Shown: positions 47,829 through 60,721, counted from the first letter of the whole stretch. The stretch is 63,996 nucleotides of DNA, filler included, from Piptocephalis cylindrospora (GCA_003614145.1; 9 parts of 9 records of this genome joined end to end with filler, not necessarily neighbours in it); one strand, 5' to 3'. Notes: generated by a model not told the origin, from the letters alone. Made by a program: numbers and translations.

Positions 47829-49573
47829 TTAGAGAACCGCTGGAATCACACGACCACGCGCCAGTTCATGTCCATGGTCCTTGTGATAGATTGTCTTGCC
47901 CCGCAAAATGGTGCAATGCACCCTGCCTTGCACTTGCATCCCAATGTAAGGAGATACCTTGTTCTTGAACGCCATGCCCTCCATCCTGATCTATCCTCCC
48001 TCAAGAGGATACGTTAGGGTGTGTCCGATCCCCCCCCTCCATCTTGTCCTGTCACCACTTACCTCGTCCATCTCTTCCGGGTCCCAGACGACCAGGTCAG
48101 CGTCATGACCCGGTAGTAGACTCCCCTTGGTCTTTTCCAAGCCTGCATGTTGAGCCGGGGCCACACACAGCCATTTCACCAGGTCCTCCACCCTACGTGA
48201 TCCTCATCGTTAGGATAGGTGGTAAGGAGCGCCGCGTCCCTACCCCACCCACTTACCTGACATCTCCCCGTCTGGCTGCCTCAGTCCACACTAGAGCAAG
48301 AGTGTATCCAACCCCTCCAACCCCGCCCCAGGCTTGAAGGAAATCTCCCTCATCCAGTCTCTTCAACTCGGATAAACACGGCGAATGGTCCGACACCACC
48401 ATGCTGATCACGCCTTTAAGCAATCCTTGCCATAGTAGATCCTTGTTTCTCCCATCCCGGATGGGCGGACAGCACTTGTACTGCGTTTGACCTAGTTCAA
48501 AAAAAAGTCAGAAAGACGAGGACATCACCCCCTCTCCGTCTCTCCTCCTACCATCCGGAATGTCCTGGGATTGCAGAGTGAGATAGTGAGCACACGTCTC
48601 CACCGTCACTGGAACCCCCCGTTTCTGGGCCTCGGCCAGGGCAGGAATGGCGGATGCTGCAGAAAGGTGAACAATGTGACACCGAACCGTCTGATACTCC
48701 TCACACAGCCGTAGTATCAGATGAATGGCCTTCTCCTCCATCCTCGAGGGCCTAGACTCTAGAAACGTGGTATACGCCCTAGGATCCTGCTCCTTGCTCC
48801 TGGGGGAAGACTCATCCTGTTCTAGCTCCATCTCTGCATGAAACATCAACACAGCTTTTGTTCCCTACCATGGGCATGGAGTAGGAGCATCTGAGTACGC
48901 TCTCGTCCTCCATTCTCATCCTAAACTTACCTGGACCGCCTCAAAGGCCAATCGAATGTCCCTCTCGGTCACGGCAGGAAACTCCTCCACCCCGCTGTCA
49001 ATGAGGAATCCCTTGAATCCTCCAACCCCCTCCTCCATCATCCCTCGCATCTCCAAGGCATTCCCCGGAACCATCCCTCCCCAAAGACTCACATCCACAT
49101 GACATTGTCCTTGCGCCGCCCTCTTCTTCACATCCAAATGAGCCACCGTCGTTGTGGGAGGGATGGCATTCAAGGGCATGTCCACTACCGTGGTGCATCC
49201 CCCTAGCAATACAGACTCGGGAGGATCAGAAGGCGCCACATTCAGAGTGCTTGCACACCTCACTCTCAAGATCTATCCTACCTTGCACTGCTGCTCGAGT
49301 TCCAGTGAAAAACCCCTCCCACTCTGTCCGACCAGGCTCATTGAGATGTACATGGGCATCCACTAATCCTGGAAGAAGGGTCAGGTATCCGGCATCGAGG
49401 AAAAAAGAAGCATCCAGACCAGGATGATCCGACAAGGCACAATGACCCGGCTCCACCCTTTGGATCTTCCCTTCCTCCCCAATGTACAGGGTGGCTGGGC
49501 CAGGCGGATTCTTCCCATCCAGACACACCCTATGTCCAGTGATGATTTTGAGGAGAGGACTTGGATCTTGCAT
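47829..49573 (-). CDS. DAL1: Allantoinase (amidohydrolase family); multi-exon
   Basis: [87 protein letters not shown]. Confidence 0.95.
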
Positions 49574-50194
49574 GTTAAGAGCGTGTGGAGAGAAGAAAGG
49601 AAAACGAGCGTGGGATTTGGATATGGTTTCCTCCTCTTGATGTGATACATCCTATCTGTCCTCTCGAGTGCTCTGACTAATTTCAATCTCCACGCGTCAA
49701 CTCCTCTCTCTCTCTCTCTCTCTCTCTTTCTCTAGACAAGACCCTGCCATGTTAAGGGACCTGTCTTTCTCTTGATGTGCCTCACTTCCTATCCAATCTT
49801 GTCAAGTGATCCTCTCATGTCACCAGCATGCATTGGAGACCACGACTTTACCCGACCCCCTACTGTACCAGAGACTCATCCTCGTCCTTACCCTCATCCC
49901 CCATTCAAGCCCGATCCCGACCTGGTCCAGGAGCATCGGCCTCGCTACAATGGGTTCGCACGCCCATGAATCCTCCTCCTCCCCTCCCTTCAGCACTCAT
50001 CCCTCTTCGTCAGCATTGTGGGAGTGAGCAGGAATACCTGGGGCAAGCGGTCTACGTAACTGCCTCTCCCTCTCAACTCCTACTCTTCCCACACCAGCCA
50101 GTCAATGCTTATCCGTGTGTGTGGGAGGAGGATGATGAATGTGTGAGAGGGATGATGAATGTATGGGGCCGTCAGCCTTAAGCCAGTGTGTATG

Positions 50195-50195
<1 letters not shown>

Positions 50196-50269
<74 letters not shown>
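50196..50269. repeat. (AT)n(GT)n compound microsatellite at contig end
   Basis: Seen directly; the likely cause of the contig break. Confidence 0.95.
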
Positions 50270-50369
50270 NNNNNNNNNNNNNNNNNNNNNNNNNNNNNNN
50301 NNNNNNNNNNNNNTTAATTAATTAANNNNNNNNNNNNNNNNNNNNNNNNNNNNNNNNNNNNNNNNNNNN
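50270..50369. other. Artificial contig linker
   Basis: N44-TTAATTAATTAA-N44. Confidence 0.99.
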
Positions 50370-50472
50370 GCTGGTATCTTTATACCTTTGTCTTCTCCGA
50401 CTGACCTGGAGGGAGTGGCGGGGGGGGGGGGCGCACCGGGGGGAGTGGGGGTTGTTGGGGAAGAGGGGTTGT

Positions 50473-50503
<31 letters not shown>
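50473..50503. repeat. Poly-G tract
   Basis: About 31 consecutive G near the contig start. Confidence 0.9.
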
Positions 50504-50504
<1 letters not shown>

Positions 50505-53500
50505 ATCCTGACACATCAGGAGGTCCATCTTTTTTGCTTGGCTTGACCAAAAGGGGTTAGAAGGGTTGTGAAAGGATGTGTGTGCGGGAGAAGAGGGGGA
50601 GGTGAAGAGGGTGTATGACCGCGCACACACTTACACACACCCACACTCACCCACATACTCCCTCCCTCATACCTTTACACACAAATTGGAAAGGATACAT
50701 TGCGGCAATGGGAAATGGTAACACCGAGGATACGATGGGCGGTCACGGGAGGAAAGAGGTTAAGGAACGGAAACGGCAATGGCAGCATTTCCGAGCTGCG
50801 AACCAACGGGAGGGAAGGTCGAGTGGATAGAGTGGAGAATCGTGTACCATTTCCTACAACCTACCGGAGATTTACCACGCTAGACACCACTTTATCACTA
50901 TAGTGTAGCGATGGGAGGGGGGATGGCGTTGTCCAGTCAGAGAGATGGGGCATGAGGAGGAAGACATCGAGGGAGGGCGGAGAAGATGCGACAAGGACAG
51001 TCCCCTTCTCTACCTGAACGCGGACTATATGGGGCGGAGTAGGGCTGCATTCGCCGGATGGGATATTGTCACTGGATGAGGGGGGGGGAGCGGGGACAAG
51101 GTCATATTGAGCGCATGCTCAAAGTATAGTCCTACTCGCTGGATGATTGGTGCGTATACTCTCTGTCGGGGTTTCGGAGTAAAGGGGGAAAGTGAATGGG
51201 ACACACGTGTTGCTCTTCCGGGGACTTTGAGTGGTCGATAGGACGGTCTGGGAAAGCGGCCTTTATAGGGTGCGGGGAAAGGATACAACTCCGCTGTAGA
51301 GAGATGATCTTGAGAAATGAGAGGCACTTGGCCATACTTTCTGCACTTCAAGGCCTAGGAGCCCAGCATCGCGGAGCTGGATGGGAAAGGCTTGGCGTTC
51401 CTTGAATCCTCTTTCCCTCTGCTCTCCTTGTTACTAGGGATGAGAGAGGGCCATTGTGTTGTTGATCCTCTAGTCGAAACAATAAAGGGCGAGGGAGAGT
51501 CAAAGGGAAAAGGGGACGTGGCCCTTTTTCCCCTTTTACGGTGCGAGGCCTTGCTTGCCCAGGCATTCAAGGGCACAAGCTGGCTCCCCCCCCTCCTTCA
51601 TTCTTATCCACCATTGAGCTTGGGAAGAGAGGCTTCGCGGACGGTGGGGAAAAGTAAGTCTGTGTCAAAGTGACTATTGCTTTTTTTGGCTCTCATTCCC
51701 AAGAATAGATGTGCATTCTCCCACCGTCGGTGTAAGAATGTGTACGCGCACTCTCCTTTCCATTCATGACCATCCTGATACGTGGATAGGAGGCTCCTTT
51801 CAGGTGGTGAAGGGGAGCATGTGTGGCGCGAGGACATTCAGGGTGGGATGAGAGATCCGATCCCCGACCATCATGAAGAGGCAGGCATGGTAGGATGGTT
51901 GCGACTGCGAGGAAAAGGAATTCAAGGGCAGGCTGCCCTGGAATCCTTGTCCCCTGCGCAGCAAAAACACAGTTGCAAGAGAGTTAAGGCATATTGCGTG
52001 CATGAGCAGGCTCCTTGACTACTTCTTGAGCGTCTATACATCCAGGGCCGCATAGGTTTTTGTGTTCATCCATCCAGGGAAAGCCCATATCTCTCTCTCT
52101 CTCTCTCTCTCTCTCCTCTCTCTCTCCTCCAACGCACCATTCCCCCAGGGAAAGGGCCGCGTCTCCCCTTCCCTACCCACCGCCATCGAGAACAAGGTCG
52201 CTTCTCTTCCCCAAAGGAAAAAGGCCGATGGTGTGTGAGATGGCGTGGATTGCCTTTAAGGGTAGCCCCTCCCACCATTACCCCCGTGATTCGTCCATAT
52301 CCAGGGGATCTGCTTGTGCTACCTCCCATCGCTCGCATTCCGTTTGACGTGCTCAATCCCTTGGCAGATCTAGGCAACGATGGGTGTGTCGGCGCACACC
52401 CCTGCCCCCCTTTGACCTGATGAAGAGGAGGGGCGTGACTAATAAGAGGATTGTGGGGTAACCCTTGTAGAATACTGTTCAACCCTCCCTGTGGCGCCAG
52501 ATGGAAACGCATACACTCCACACACTGAAGGCAAAAGGCCAGACCCTCTCTCTTCCCATCAATGTGTATGGGAAAGTGCGCACAACACTCTCACGTTCCT
52601 AAGGGAAGGGTAGTGGATAATACCATGCTGCTATACACTACACCTCCCTTGAGCAATAGCGCCACCATCCTGCCCACCCCTGTATCGCTTAATACCATCC
52701 TAACGCCCTAGAGATCTCACCGAAGGCCCATCCATCCCATGTAAAAACACCACAATGATCTCTCAAAGATGGGAAAAGGGCATATGCGTGATCTGAACCA
52801 AAATCATACAGAGGGAATAGTGTGTCACATTATCTCTCCAGACACGAGTTCTATTTGACTGTATCGCTTATTACCACTCCCTCATGACTCTTCCCTGGCA
52901 CCTTGGGATATAGGATCTTCGGTGAATTGCAACACCCCGAGACATCCGACCCCAAGCACATGCGTACACATGAATCTCCTCCTGCCTTGACCCCACGCCC
53001 CTATGACTGAATGATCTTGGAGGGGGTGGTGAAAGGGATTAGAGGGCGCCTAAGAAGAAAAAAGAAAAAGGGCCGGCCCCCCTCATAACAACAACTCTAT
53101 TCACGTCTCACTTCTCACACTGATCATCGGGAATAATTAATACTCTCCCATCACAACCCTTCTTACATTCCTGAGCATTGTCCCACACTGTCTCATCTCA
53201 TGGAATGAGCTGATGGTGAAATGAATGGAGGCGATGAAGAAAGTACGCGGACGGCCCGTTCTGACCTAGAGAGAAAAGGATATCACAAGATGGATCATCT
53301 TACTATAGTGCCTCCCTCTCATAGACAACGGAACCGTATTGACACAATGAGGCGTCAAGATTCATTATCAATTATCCCGGAACTCAACAAAAATAGCATC
53401 CCTTAACGATGAGAAGTATAGTGAAATGCATTGTCATCTCTCATCCCTCTCTCCCTCAAGATCGAGATAAATCCAGTCCCATTCCCAGCACCACTCATCC

Positions 53501-54149
53501 TCATCTATCGTGTCAACAAGGCCCTCTTGTCACACTCAGTCTACATCTTTCGTTCAGCTCCTCCTGACGGCCGTTTCGTACATTAATGAAAATTCTCATA
53601 GAAGCACTGTAACTGCTGGATAATGCCCTCCCATAACACATATACCCTAATCGGTTGATCTTTTCAACAGCTGCCATCCCAGAATTCCATGGTTTCACTA
53701 AATCACACGTCCCGTTCTTCTTGGAATGGCCCATGGACACTGCCATCCCAATGACAAGGGCGCTCCCTCTGAACGGCAAGAACCTTTCCCCAGGTGCCAT
53801 AAAATGAACGTATAGAATGGCCTATGTGGGAAGGCTGGTGCACCATTGAGTGATTCAAATCACATCCTATTTTTCATTCCCAACTCCCACGCTCACCAAT
53901 CACATCATCTGGTCCCATTCTAACGATGAGCGGAGTTAACGCGGGTCAGCCCATGCCTGACCCTCCCCAGCACCCTTCACCTTGCTCCTTTTATCAAGGA
54001 TCGTCCCATTGAACCGCCTCTCATCAAGATATCCTTTGGTCCTATTTAAATGGGAACTAGATCTTCCCCCCCCTCCCCCCCCCGGTGTTGGCGACATTTC
54101 TCCTGCTCTTCCTTTCATTTTTCGTTCATATCATCCCTCCTTACTCGCC

Positions 54150-55208
54150 ATGACCAATCCACAGTACCCCCACCACTACTCTGTCACTTCCTCTCACGGG
54201 AGCCAGGACAATTCCTCCACCTCTCAATCCTCCAAGCATAACAAGTCCAGTTCAATCAGTAATCCTTCTTCCTCTCAGTCGCCCACCAACTCTGGCCTAG
54301 ATGTCGAAACCGTGGCCTCCGACGCCGTTTCGTATGTCTCCTCCACCGCCAGTGAATTTGACTATGTCATCCAGGATGGGAGGGCCCTGCTTGTCGGCTC
54401 CAACTCCCTCCTGCCCCAGGACTTGGAGGAGTTTGACCGCGCTGACATGTCCCATGGTGTCCTTAAATACCTGTGTCGTACGAACCATGTTGCCCCTCTC
54501 CCCTGGAATACCCATCGCATCTTCGAGATGGGCTGTGGGAGCGGGCTATGGTGCAAGGAAATGGCCCTCGAGTTCCCTCGCGCCGAAATCATCGGCTGCG
54601 ACATGACCGAGGCTGGCTTCCGCGACCCCGAGGAAATGCCCCCTAACGTCATCCTCGAGTACGGCAATATCCTCGAGGGTCTCAAGTACATGGACGAAGA
54701 GTTCGATTACACTCACCAACGCGCCATCTGGGCCATCCCCACCAAAGATTGGCCCCGTACCCTCGACACCCTCTACCGCATCACCGCCCCTATGGGCACC
54801 TGTGAGGTCGCCGAGGCCATCGGCATGTGCTATCCCCCGGACCATCCCGTCTGCGCCAAGATCAACCGCTGGGTCATTGAGGCGCATGCTTATCGCGGCA
54901 TCGACCTACGTGATGGTGCTCGGATTGCCTCCATGATGGACGAGGCTGGATTTGTACATGTTCGCGAGGTCAATGTCAACATTCCTTTTGGCGAATGGAA
55001 GGGCATCCCAGGCCGCGTCATGTCCCGCAGTTGGCTTCGCTTCCTCAACGGTGTCCGCACCTCCCCCAAAGGTCGGGAGATGCCTGAGACCGAGTTCCGG
55101 CAGATGCTTGCTGACCTCGAGGCCGAGATGAGCAATCCTTATGGACTCAAGATCTATTGTCCCATGTACTTTGTCTTTGGAAGGAGGCCCGCCCCTGGCT
55201 GGAGATAA
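54150..55208 (+). CDS. LaeA-like class I SAM-dependent methyltransferase, 352 aa
   Basis: DGR...LLPQDLEEFDRADMSH, APL, IFEMGCGSGLWCKEMALEFPRAEIIGCD, FDYTHQR, AGFVHV, IPFGEW. Confidence 0.9.
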   Translation: MTNPQYPHHYSVTSSHGSQDNSSTSQSSKHNKSSSISNPSSSQSPTNSGLDVETVASDAVSYVSSTASEFDYVIQDGRALLVGSNSLLPQDLEEFDRADMSHGVLKYLCRTNHVAPLPWNTHRIFEMGCGSGLWCKEMALEFPRAEIIGCDMTEAGFRDPEEMPPNVILEYGNILEGLKYMDEEFDYTHQRAIWAIPTKDWPRTLDTLYRITAPMGTCEVAEAIGMCYPPDHPVCAKINRWVIEAHAYRGIDLRDGARIASMMDEAGFVHVREVNVNIPFGEWKGIPGRVMSRSWLRFLNGVRTSPKGREMPETEFRQMLADLEAEMSNPYGLKIYCPMYFVFGRRPAPGWR

Positions 55209-55560
55209 TCACTATGCCCACATACCTGACTTGCATGTAAGGTGCATGGATATTTTGTGCTCTTTCTTCCCTCTCTCTCTTTCTTCGTACTGGGCCTTTT
55301 CCTGTCAATAGCTGCATCTCTTCCCCCTTCTTGAGGATGGTGATGAATCAGTTTCCGTAGTTCACTCTGTGCGTCGCTGATAAACCTGTGTTTCTTTATT
55401 TCCGTTGTGAATGTGATGAACACTGTCGGTACATGCTTGTATCCCCCTCCTCTTTAATGGCTTGAAAGATACATGACGGGTCTTGGGCTTAGAGAATGCA
55501 GGCACGGATAATGACAAGTATTGTAAAACCACTTTACGCAACCCCGCAACCTATCCTTTA

Positions 55561-57367
55561 CTAAAGATCGTTCCGGGTGTACAGTACATCATCCAGAGCC
55601 GTTTGAAGGGTCTCTCGGGCTACGGCGAGTGGAGAGGCGGATGCGATCACTCCGTCCGGTCGTACCAGAAATACCACCTCAGCCTTGGGATGGGATCCGA
55701 GGCCCCAGGCCTCTCGAGCCCTGGGACTCTTGAGGTCAAAGAGGACATGCACACCCGGATGAGCATCCGGCTGGATAAAGGCCAGATTGGTGGGGGCAAC
55801 GATGAACAGGGGAATACGGCCGATCCGGTATCGCGTCGCCAGCTGGTCAAGCTCTGGAAGGTGCGACTTCCATTCCCGGGCCTCACAGACAAACAGCACG
55901 ATCGACCATGTTGACCCAAGATACTCCAGGATCCGACCGGGTTGGACTCCAGGCATCGACCAGACCCTGGCCTCGGGCGCCCGCTGTCCTGGCTTGACCC
56001 ATCCTCCAGGGTTCTTGAGGATGGTGCTATGACCTTTTGCGACCTCATTCCCTCTGACCCTTAGGGATTCTGGAGCGTACTTGTTGGCTAATTGGGAGAT
56101 ATTCAAGGCTGCATTAAAGTTCAACATCGGAATAGTGGTCAACATAAATGTGAGAATTCGACGGGCAAAGGAGGCTATCCAGCCCCGAAGGGACATCATT
56201 TGAAGAAGCCTCCCAGACATCCCGATCGCATGATCAGCGATGGGTGCTCTTTCATGCGTGTATGTATCCAGCAAAGATGGAGGAGCATGACCTCGGAGAA
56301 CGGTAATCAGTTTCCATGCCAGATTCTCCGCATCTTGCAAGCCAATGTTCATGCCCTGACCCCCCACTGGGCTGTGAACATGAGCGGAATCGCCACAGAG
56401 GAAGACGCGAGAGGAAGGATCGGAAAAGTGGGCGGCACGACGCTCATTCACCCGAAAAGGCCGAACATCCTCCAAGGTCAGGTCTCCCATCTCAAAAGGC
56501 TTCATGCGCTTCCGAAATGTTTCGGAGAAAGTCTCCTTCGTTACTATGGCGTCGGGAGGAAGAGGGGCATCAGGATCAGTTCCATCGGGAAGGGACATGG
56601 CAATGACGACCCGCACCCGACTTGGATCCCTAAAGGGTAGGTATATGAGCATCCCATCGGGATGGGTAAACGAATGGGCCTCCTCGGGTTGCGGAAGGGT
56701 CGTAGAGGAAACAGTGACGTCTGCCACAGCCATCAGTGTGGGAACGGCCTTACCCACAAAGGGCATATCCATGGTCTTGCGCGTCACGCTCCGAGCCCCA
56801 TCACACCCGATGAGATAGGACGAGACGAGGGTTACAGTTTGGCCCTTGGGATCGGTCCATTGGGACAGGATCGGGCCTGAGATAGATGCATCCTTTTCAA
56901 ACTCCTGAAGTGTCCAGCCCCGTTCAATAGAGATGGAGTATCGATCGCTCAGAGCCTTTGTCAAGTTACGCTCCGTGATATTTTGCTCAATGAGTAAAAT
57001 GCCCGGGAATTCCGTTGGTACCACCGCCAGCCTCATACGGGTAATACGACCATTATCCACAACGTTCATCCTAGACGTGGCTGTGCTGTCCTTTCTACTA
57101 ACTTCAGTCAGATTGTGCCTGGCAAACATCTCCTGAGTCCGTGAATGGATGGCACAAGCCTTCCACTGACTCACTGGTTCCTTTAAGGTGTCTACACTCA
57201 GAGAGGTCTGAACTTAATGGGAGGGGAGGGAGGGGGAGAAAAGGGTGCATGCAAAACTTACCAAGGATACGGATGCGGACCTTTTTCTCGGCAAGAATGT
57301 TGGCCATAAGCAAGCCTACTGGGCCAGCACCCACGATAATGACTTCAGTATCCAATTTCTGAGTCAT
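55561..57367 (-). CDS. FAD-dependent aromatic monooxygenase (PheA/TfdB-type, FAD_binding_3); 2 exons
   Basis: VIIVGAGPVG, YLIGCDGARSVTRK, RVFLCGDSAHVHSPVGGQGMNIGLQDAENLAWKL, LLDTYTHER, LVRPDG; intron ~57192-57261. Confidence 0.93.
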
Positions 57368-57422
57368 TTGTGTTATGTGGGGGGAAGAACAACGAAATGT
57401 AATGGATTGAACAGTTGAATAG

Positions 57423-57522
57423 NNNNNNNNNNNNNNNNNNNNNNNNNNNNNNNNNNNNNNNNNNNNTTAATTAATTAANNNNNNNNNNNNNNNNNNNNNN
57501 NNNNNNNNNNNNNNNNNNNNNN
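57423..57522. other. Artificial contig linker
   Basis: N44-TTAATTAATTAA-N44. Confidence 0.99.
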
Positions 57523-57979
57523 GGAAGAAAAGGCCGTGTTGGCTAAGAAGGCCGGGGCCGACCACATCATCTACTACACTAAAGAATCAGTCCCCGAGGC
57601 TGTTCATCGTCTCACTGATGGCCAGGGCGTGCATGTGGTGTACGATGGGGTAGGAAAGAGTACCTTCCAGGGATCCGTCGCTTCTCTCCGTCGTCTCGGA
57701 AGCATGATCACCTTTGGCAATGCATCGGGCCGCGTAGAGCCCGTAGACATTGGGCTTCTCCAAAAGGCCAATCTTCGGCTCATGCGCCCTGCTCTTTTTA
57801 ATTACATGACCACCCGTCAAGAGTTTCTCGATCTGGCCGAGCCCCTCATGGACCTCCTGGCCACCAACAAGCTCGACGTCCACATTCATGCCACTTACCC
57901 CTTGGCCAATGCAGCCAAGGCCCATGATGATCTAGAGGGAAGAAAGACGACAGGCAAGTTGCTCCTCCGCATTGATTGA
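57523..57979 (+). CDS. Zeta-crystallin/quinone oxidoreductase (Zta1-like), C-terminal half
   Basis: AKKAGADHIIYY...GVHVVYDGVGKSTF...FGNASG...LEGRKTTGKLLL; begins at the contig edge. Confidence 0.9.
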
Positions 57980-58104
57980 GTACGGGGAGAGAATGAGGTG
58001 GAGTGCCATGGAAACACAGGATTTTGAATGCATGCACCCTGAAACACGTGTTCTAATATGGTCATGACAATAATGTGAGCATAAAGGACGTAATCTAATC
58101 TAAT

Positions 58105-60721
58105 CTAATCAATTTCAATCACTTCCACCTCTGGTGCTCCACTGGACGATCCTCTGGAGGAGGAGGAGGATGGAAGGGCTGGTTCTGCCCCACCAGAAGT
58201 ATCCTCCACCACCACTTCACCCACTGTGGCGCTCTCTTGGCGCACCCTCTTTCGTCTCCCAGCGGTCAAGCGTGTGTCCACCCGATCCACGTCCTCTTCA
58301 TTAATGGCACGGAAGGACCCGTCCTCGCTAAAAAGACACCGGTCCTCGGAAGGCAAGTGTTGCATACACTCCATGAAGTGTGCATCGATCCTCAGGGCCT
58401 AGAGCCATAGGAGAAAGGGAGAGTAAGTCAGAATAGGTCATATTCCATCTCAAAAAATGCATATTAATCAAGGCATGACATATGCAATATGAAAAAGATA
58501 GCAAAGGAATGGGTACTTACGTCTAGCGGCATGGGCTTGGAGCATATAGGGCAAGGAGGGCAAGCCTGCATCTGGTTCATTTGGATATGGGCCTAGCGAT
58601 AAAGCGCCCCCATCCCATCATGATTGGATATAGGGTGGATGAGAAACAACTCATGAGGTCTCTTCAACAGCAAGCTTCCTAATCCAGCCACCTACCCGTA
58701 AATCAAAGCACTGAGTGTGCGTGCAATCGACCCCTTTGGCCGGGATATCAATGCGTACCAGACTAACTGGGCATCGGAAGCTAACCACCTCATCCCCCAA
58801 ATGAACTTCTCCATCCCCTGAGAGAAGGAGATAGCCCATGACTCATAATTAGAACCCCGACCTGATGCCCGACATTTTAAAGCATGAAAAACATAAAAAA
58901 AGTGCTTACCATGAGCCTCTCGATTCCGGCGCTTCAAGACGGGGATATGCTGTTGAAATTGGCTGGAAACCCTGGAAAGACTCACTGCCTCCCCATTATC
59001 CTCTAATGTCACTCCGGCCTTTTCAAGTGTCTGAGTGTAGATACGCTGAATAACCTGCTCATGAATAATGTGTTGATGAGGTGAGTGCATCCCAACCGCC
59101 CGTTATCCTGCGCTCCTCCCATTCCTCAATCCCCTTACTGTGTTCATCGACAATGGCTGTATCGAGTATACTGCAGCCGAGCCTTTCTCTCCTCGGGGCC
59201 CTCCTTTGATGTAAAAAAAGATGTCAATAGTTTGCTGTGGCAGCTTATCCATCGTCCCCTCCTTGGTGGCATTGGCCAAGGCATTCCAATCAATATAATT
59301 GGAGATGGGAAAATGCTGGATACCCTTACGCAAAAAGACCTGTCGAGTGAATCATGAACAATAAGTTAAACGGCTAGAGCGCCTCCCCCCTCCTTTCTTT
59401 CGTCTCCCAGCGGTCAAGCGTGTGTCCACCCGATCCACGTCCTCTTCATTAATGGCACGGAAGGACCCGTCCTCGCTAAAAAGACACCGGTCCTCGGAAG
59501 GCAAGTGTTGCATACACTCCATGAAGTGTGCATCGATCCTCAGGGCCTAGAGCCATAGGAGAAAGGGAGAGTAAGTCAGAATAGGTCATATTCCATCTCA
59601 AAAAATGCATATTAATCAAGGCATGACATATGCAATATGAAAAAGATAGCAAAGGAATGGGTACTTACGTCTAGCGGCATGGGCTTGGAGCATATAGGGC
59701 AAGGAGGGCAAGCCTGCATCTGGTTCATTTGGATATGGGCCTAGCGATAAAGCGCCCCCATCCCATCATGATTGGATATAGGGTGGATGAGAAACAACTC
59801 ATGAGGTCTCTTCAACAGCAAGCTTCCTAATCCAGCCACCTACCCGTAAATCAAAGCACTGAGTGTGCGTGCAATCGACCCCTTTGGCCGGGATATCAAT
59901 GCGTACCAGACTAACTGGGCATCGGAAGCTAACCACCTCATCCCCCAAATGAACTTCTCCATCCCCTGAGAGAAGGAGATAGCCCATGACTCATAATTAG
60001 AACCCCGACCTGATGCCCGACATTTTAAAGCATGAAAAACATAAAAAAAGTGCTTACCATGAGCCTCTCGATTCCGGCGCTTCAAGACGGGGATATGCTG
60101 TTGAAATTGGCTGGAAACCCTGGAAAGACTCACTGCCTCCCCATTATCCTCTAATGTCACTCCGGCCTTTTCAAGTGTCTGAGTGTAGATACGCTGAATA
60201 ACCTGCTCATGAATAATGTGTTGATGAGGTGAGTGCATCCCAACCGCCCGTTATCCTGCGCTCCTCCCATTCCTCAATCCCCTTACTGTGTTCATCGACA
60301 ATGGCTGTATCGAGTATACTGCAGCCGAGCCTTTCTCTCCTCGGGGCCCTCCTTTGATGTAAAAAAAGATGTCAATAGTTTGCTGTGGCAGCTTATCCAT
60401 CGTCCCCTCCTTGGTGGCATTGGCCAAGGCATTCCAATCAATATAATTGGAGATGGGAAAATGCTGGATACCCTTACGCAAAAAGACCTGTCGAGTGAAT
60501 CATGAACAATAAGTTAAACGGCTAGAGCGCCTCCCCCCTCCTTTCTTTCATATTATGTTCTCTAGCTTACCGCTTTCAATTGAGGCTGCTTATCATTCAC
60601 CCATACATCCCATCCTTTGATGATTTTTCCCGTCTCTTTAAGGGCCCCATGTTCCCCTCGAAGGTATAACCAGATGATAGGTCGGGGAGCTGGACTCCCT
60701 CCTTCCGTATCTGATTCATGA
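58105..60721 (-). CDS. SP-RING (zf-MIZ) SUMO E3 ligase, Siz/PIAS-like; 5'-truncated and internally duplicated in this assembly
   Basis: VSFRCPVSLVRIDIPAKGVDCTHTQCFD...CPICSKP...LRIDAHF across GT-AG introns; C-terminal SIM-like EVEVIEID. Confidence 0.8.
58248..60549. repeat. 1148-bp tandem duplication (58248-59395, 59396-60543) bounded by TCTTTC microhomology
   Basis: Five ORF pairs identical at offset 1148; TCTTTC at 58248, 59396 and 60544. Confidence 0.97.

Noticed and set aside
50418..50503. G-rich tracts as functional G-quadruplexes
   Set aside because: They lie at a contig edge in homopolymer-rich, probably low-quality sequence; run lengths are unreliable.
52614..52625. TGGATAATACCA resembling the TPP riboswitch P5/L5
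   Set aside because: No upstream CTGAGA or TGAT elements, no following GCG, and no thiamine gene nearby.
55561..57979. Monooxygenase plus quinone reductase as an apparent redox gene cluster
   Set aside because: They lie on different contigs separated by an artificial linker.
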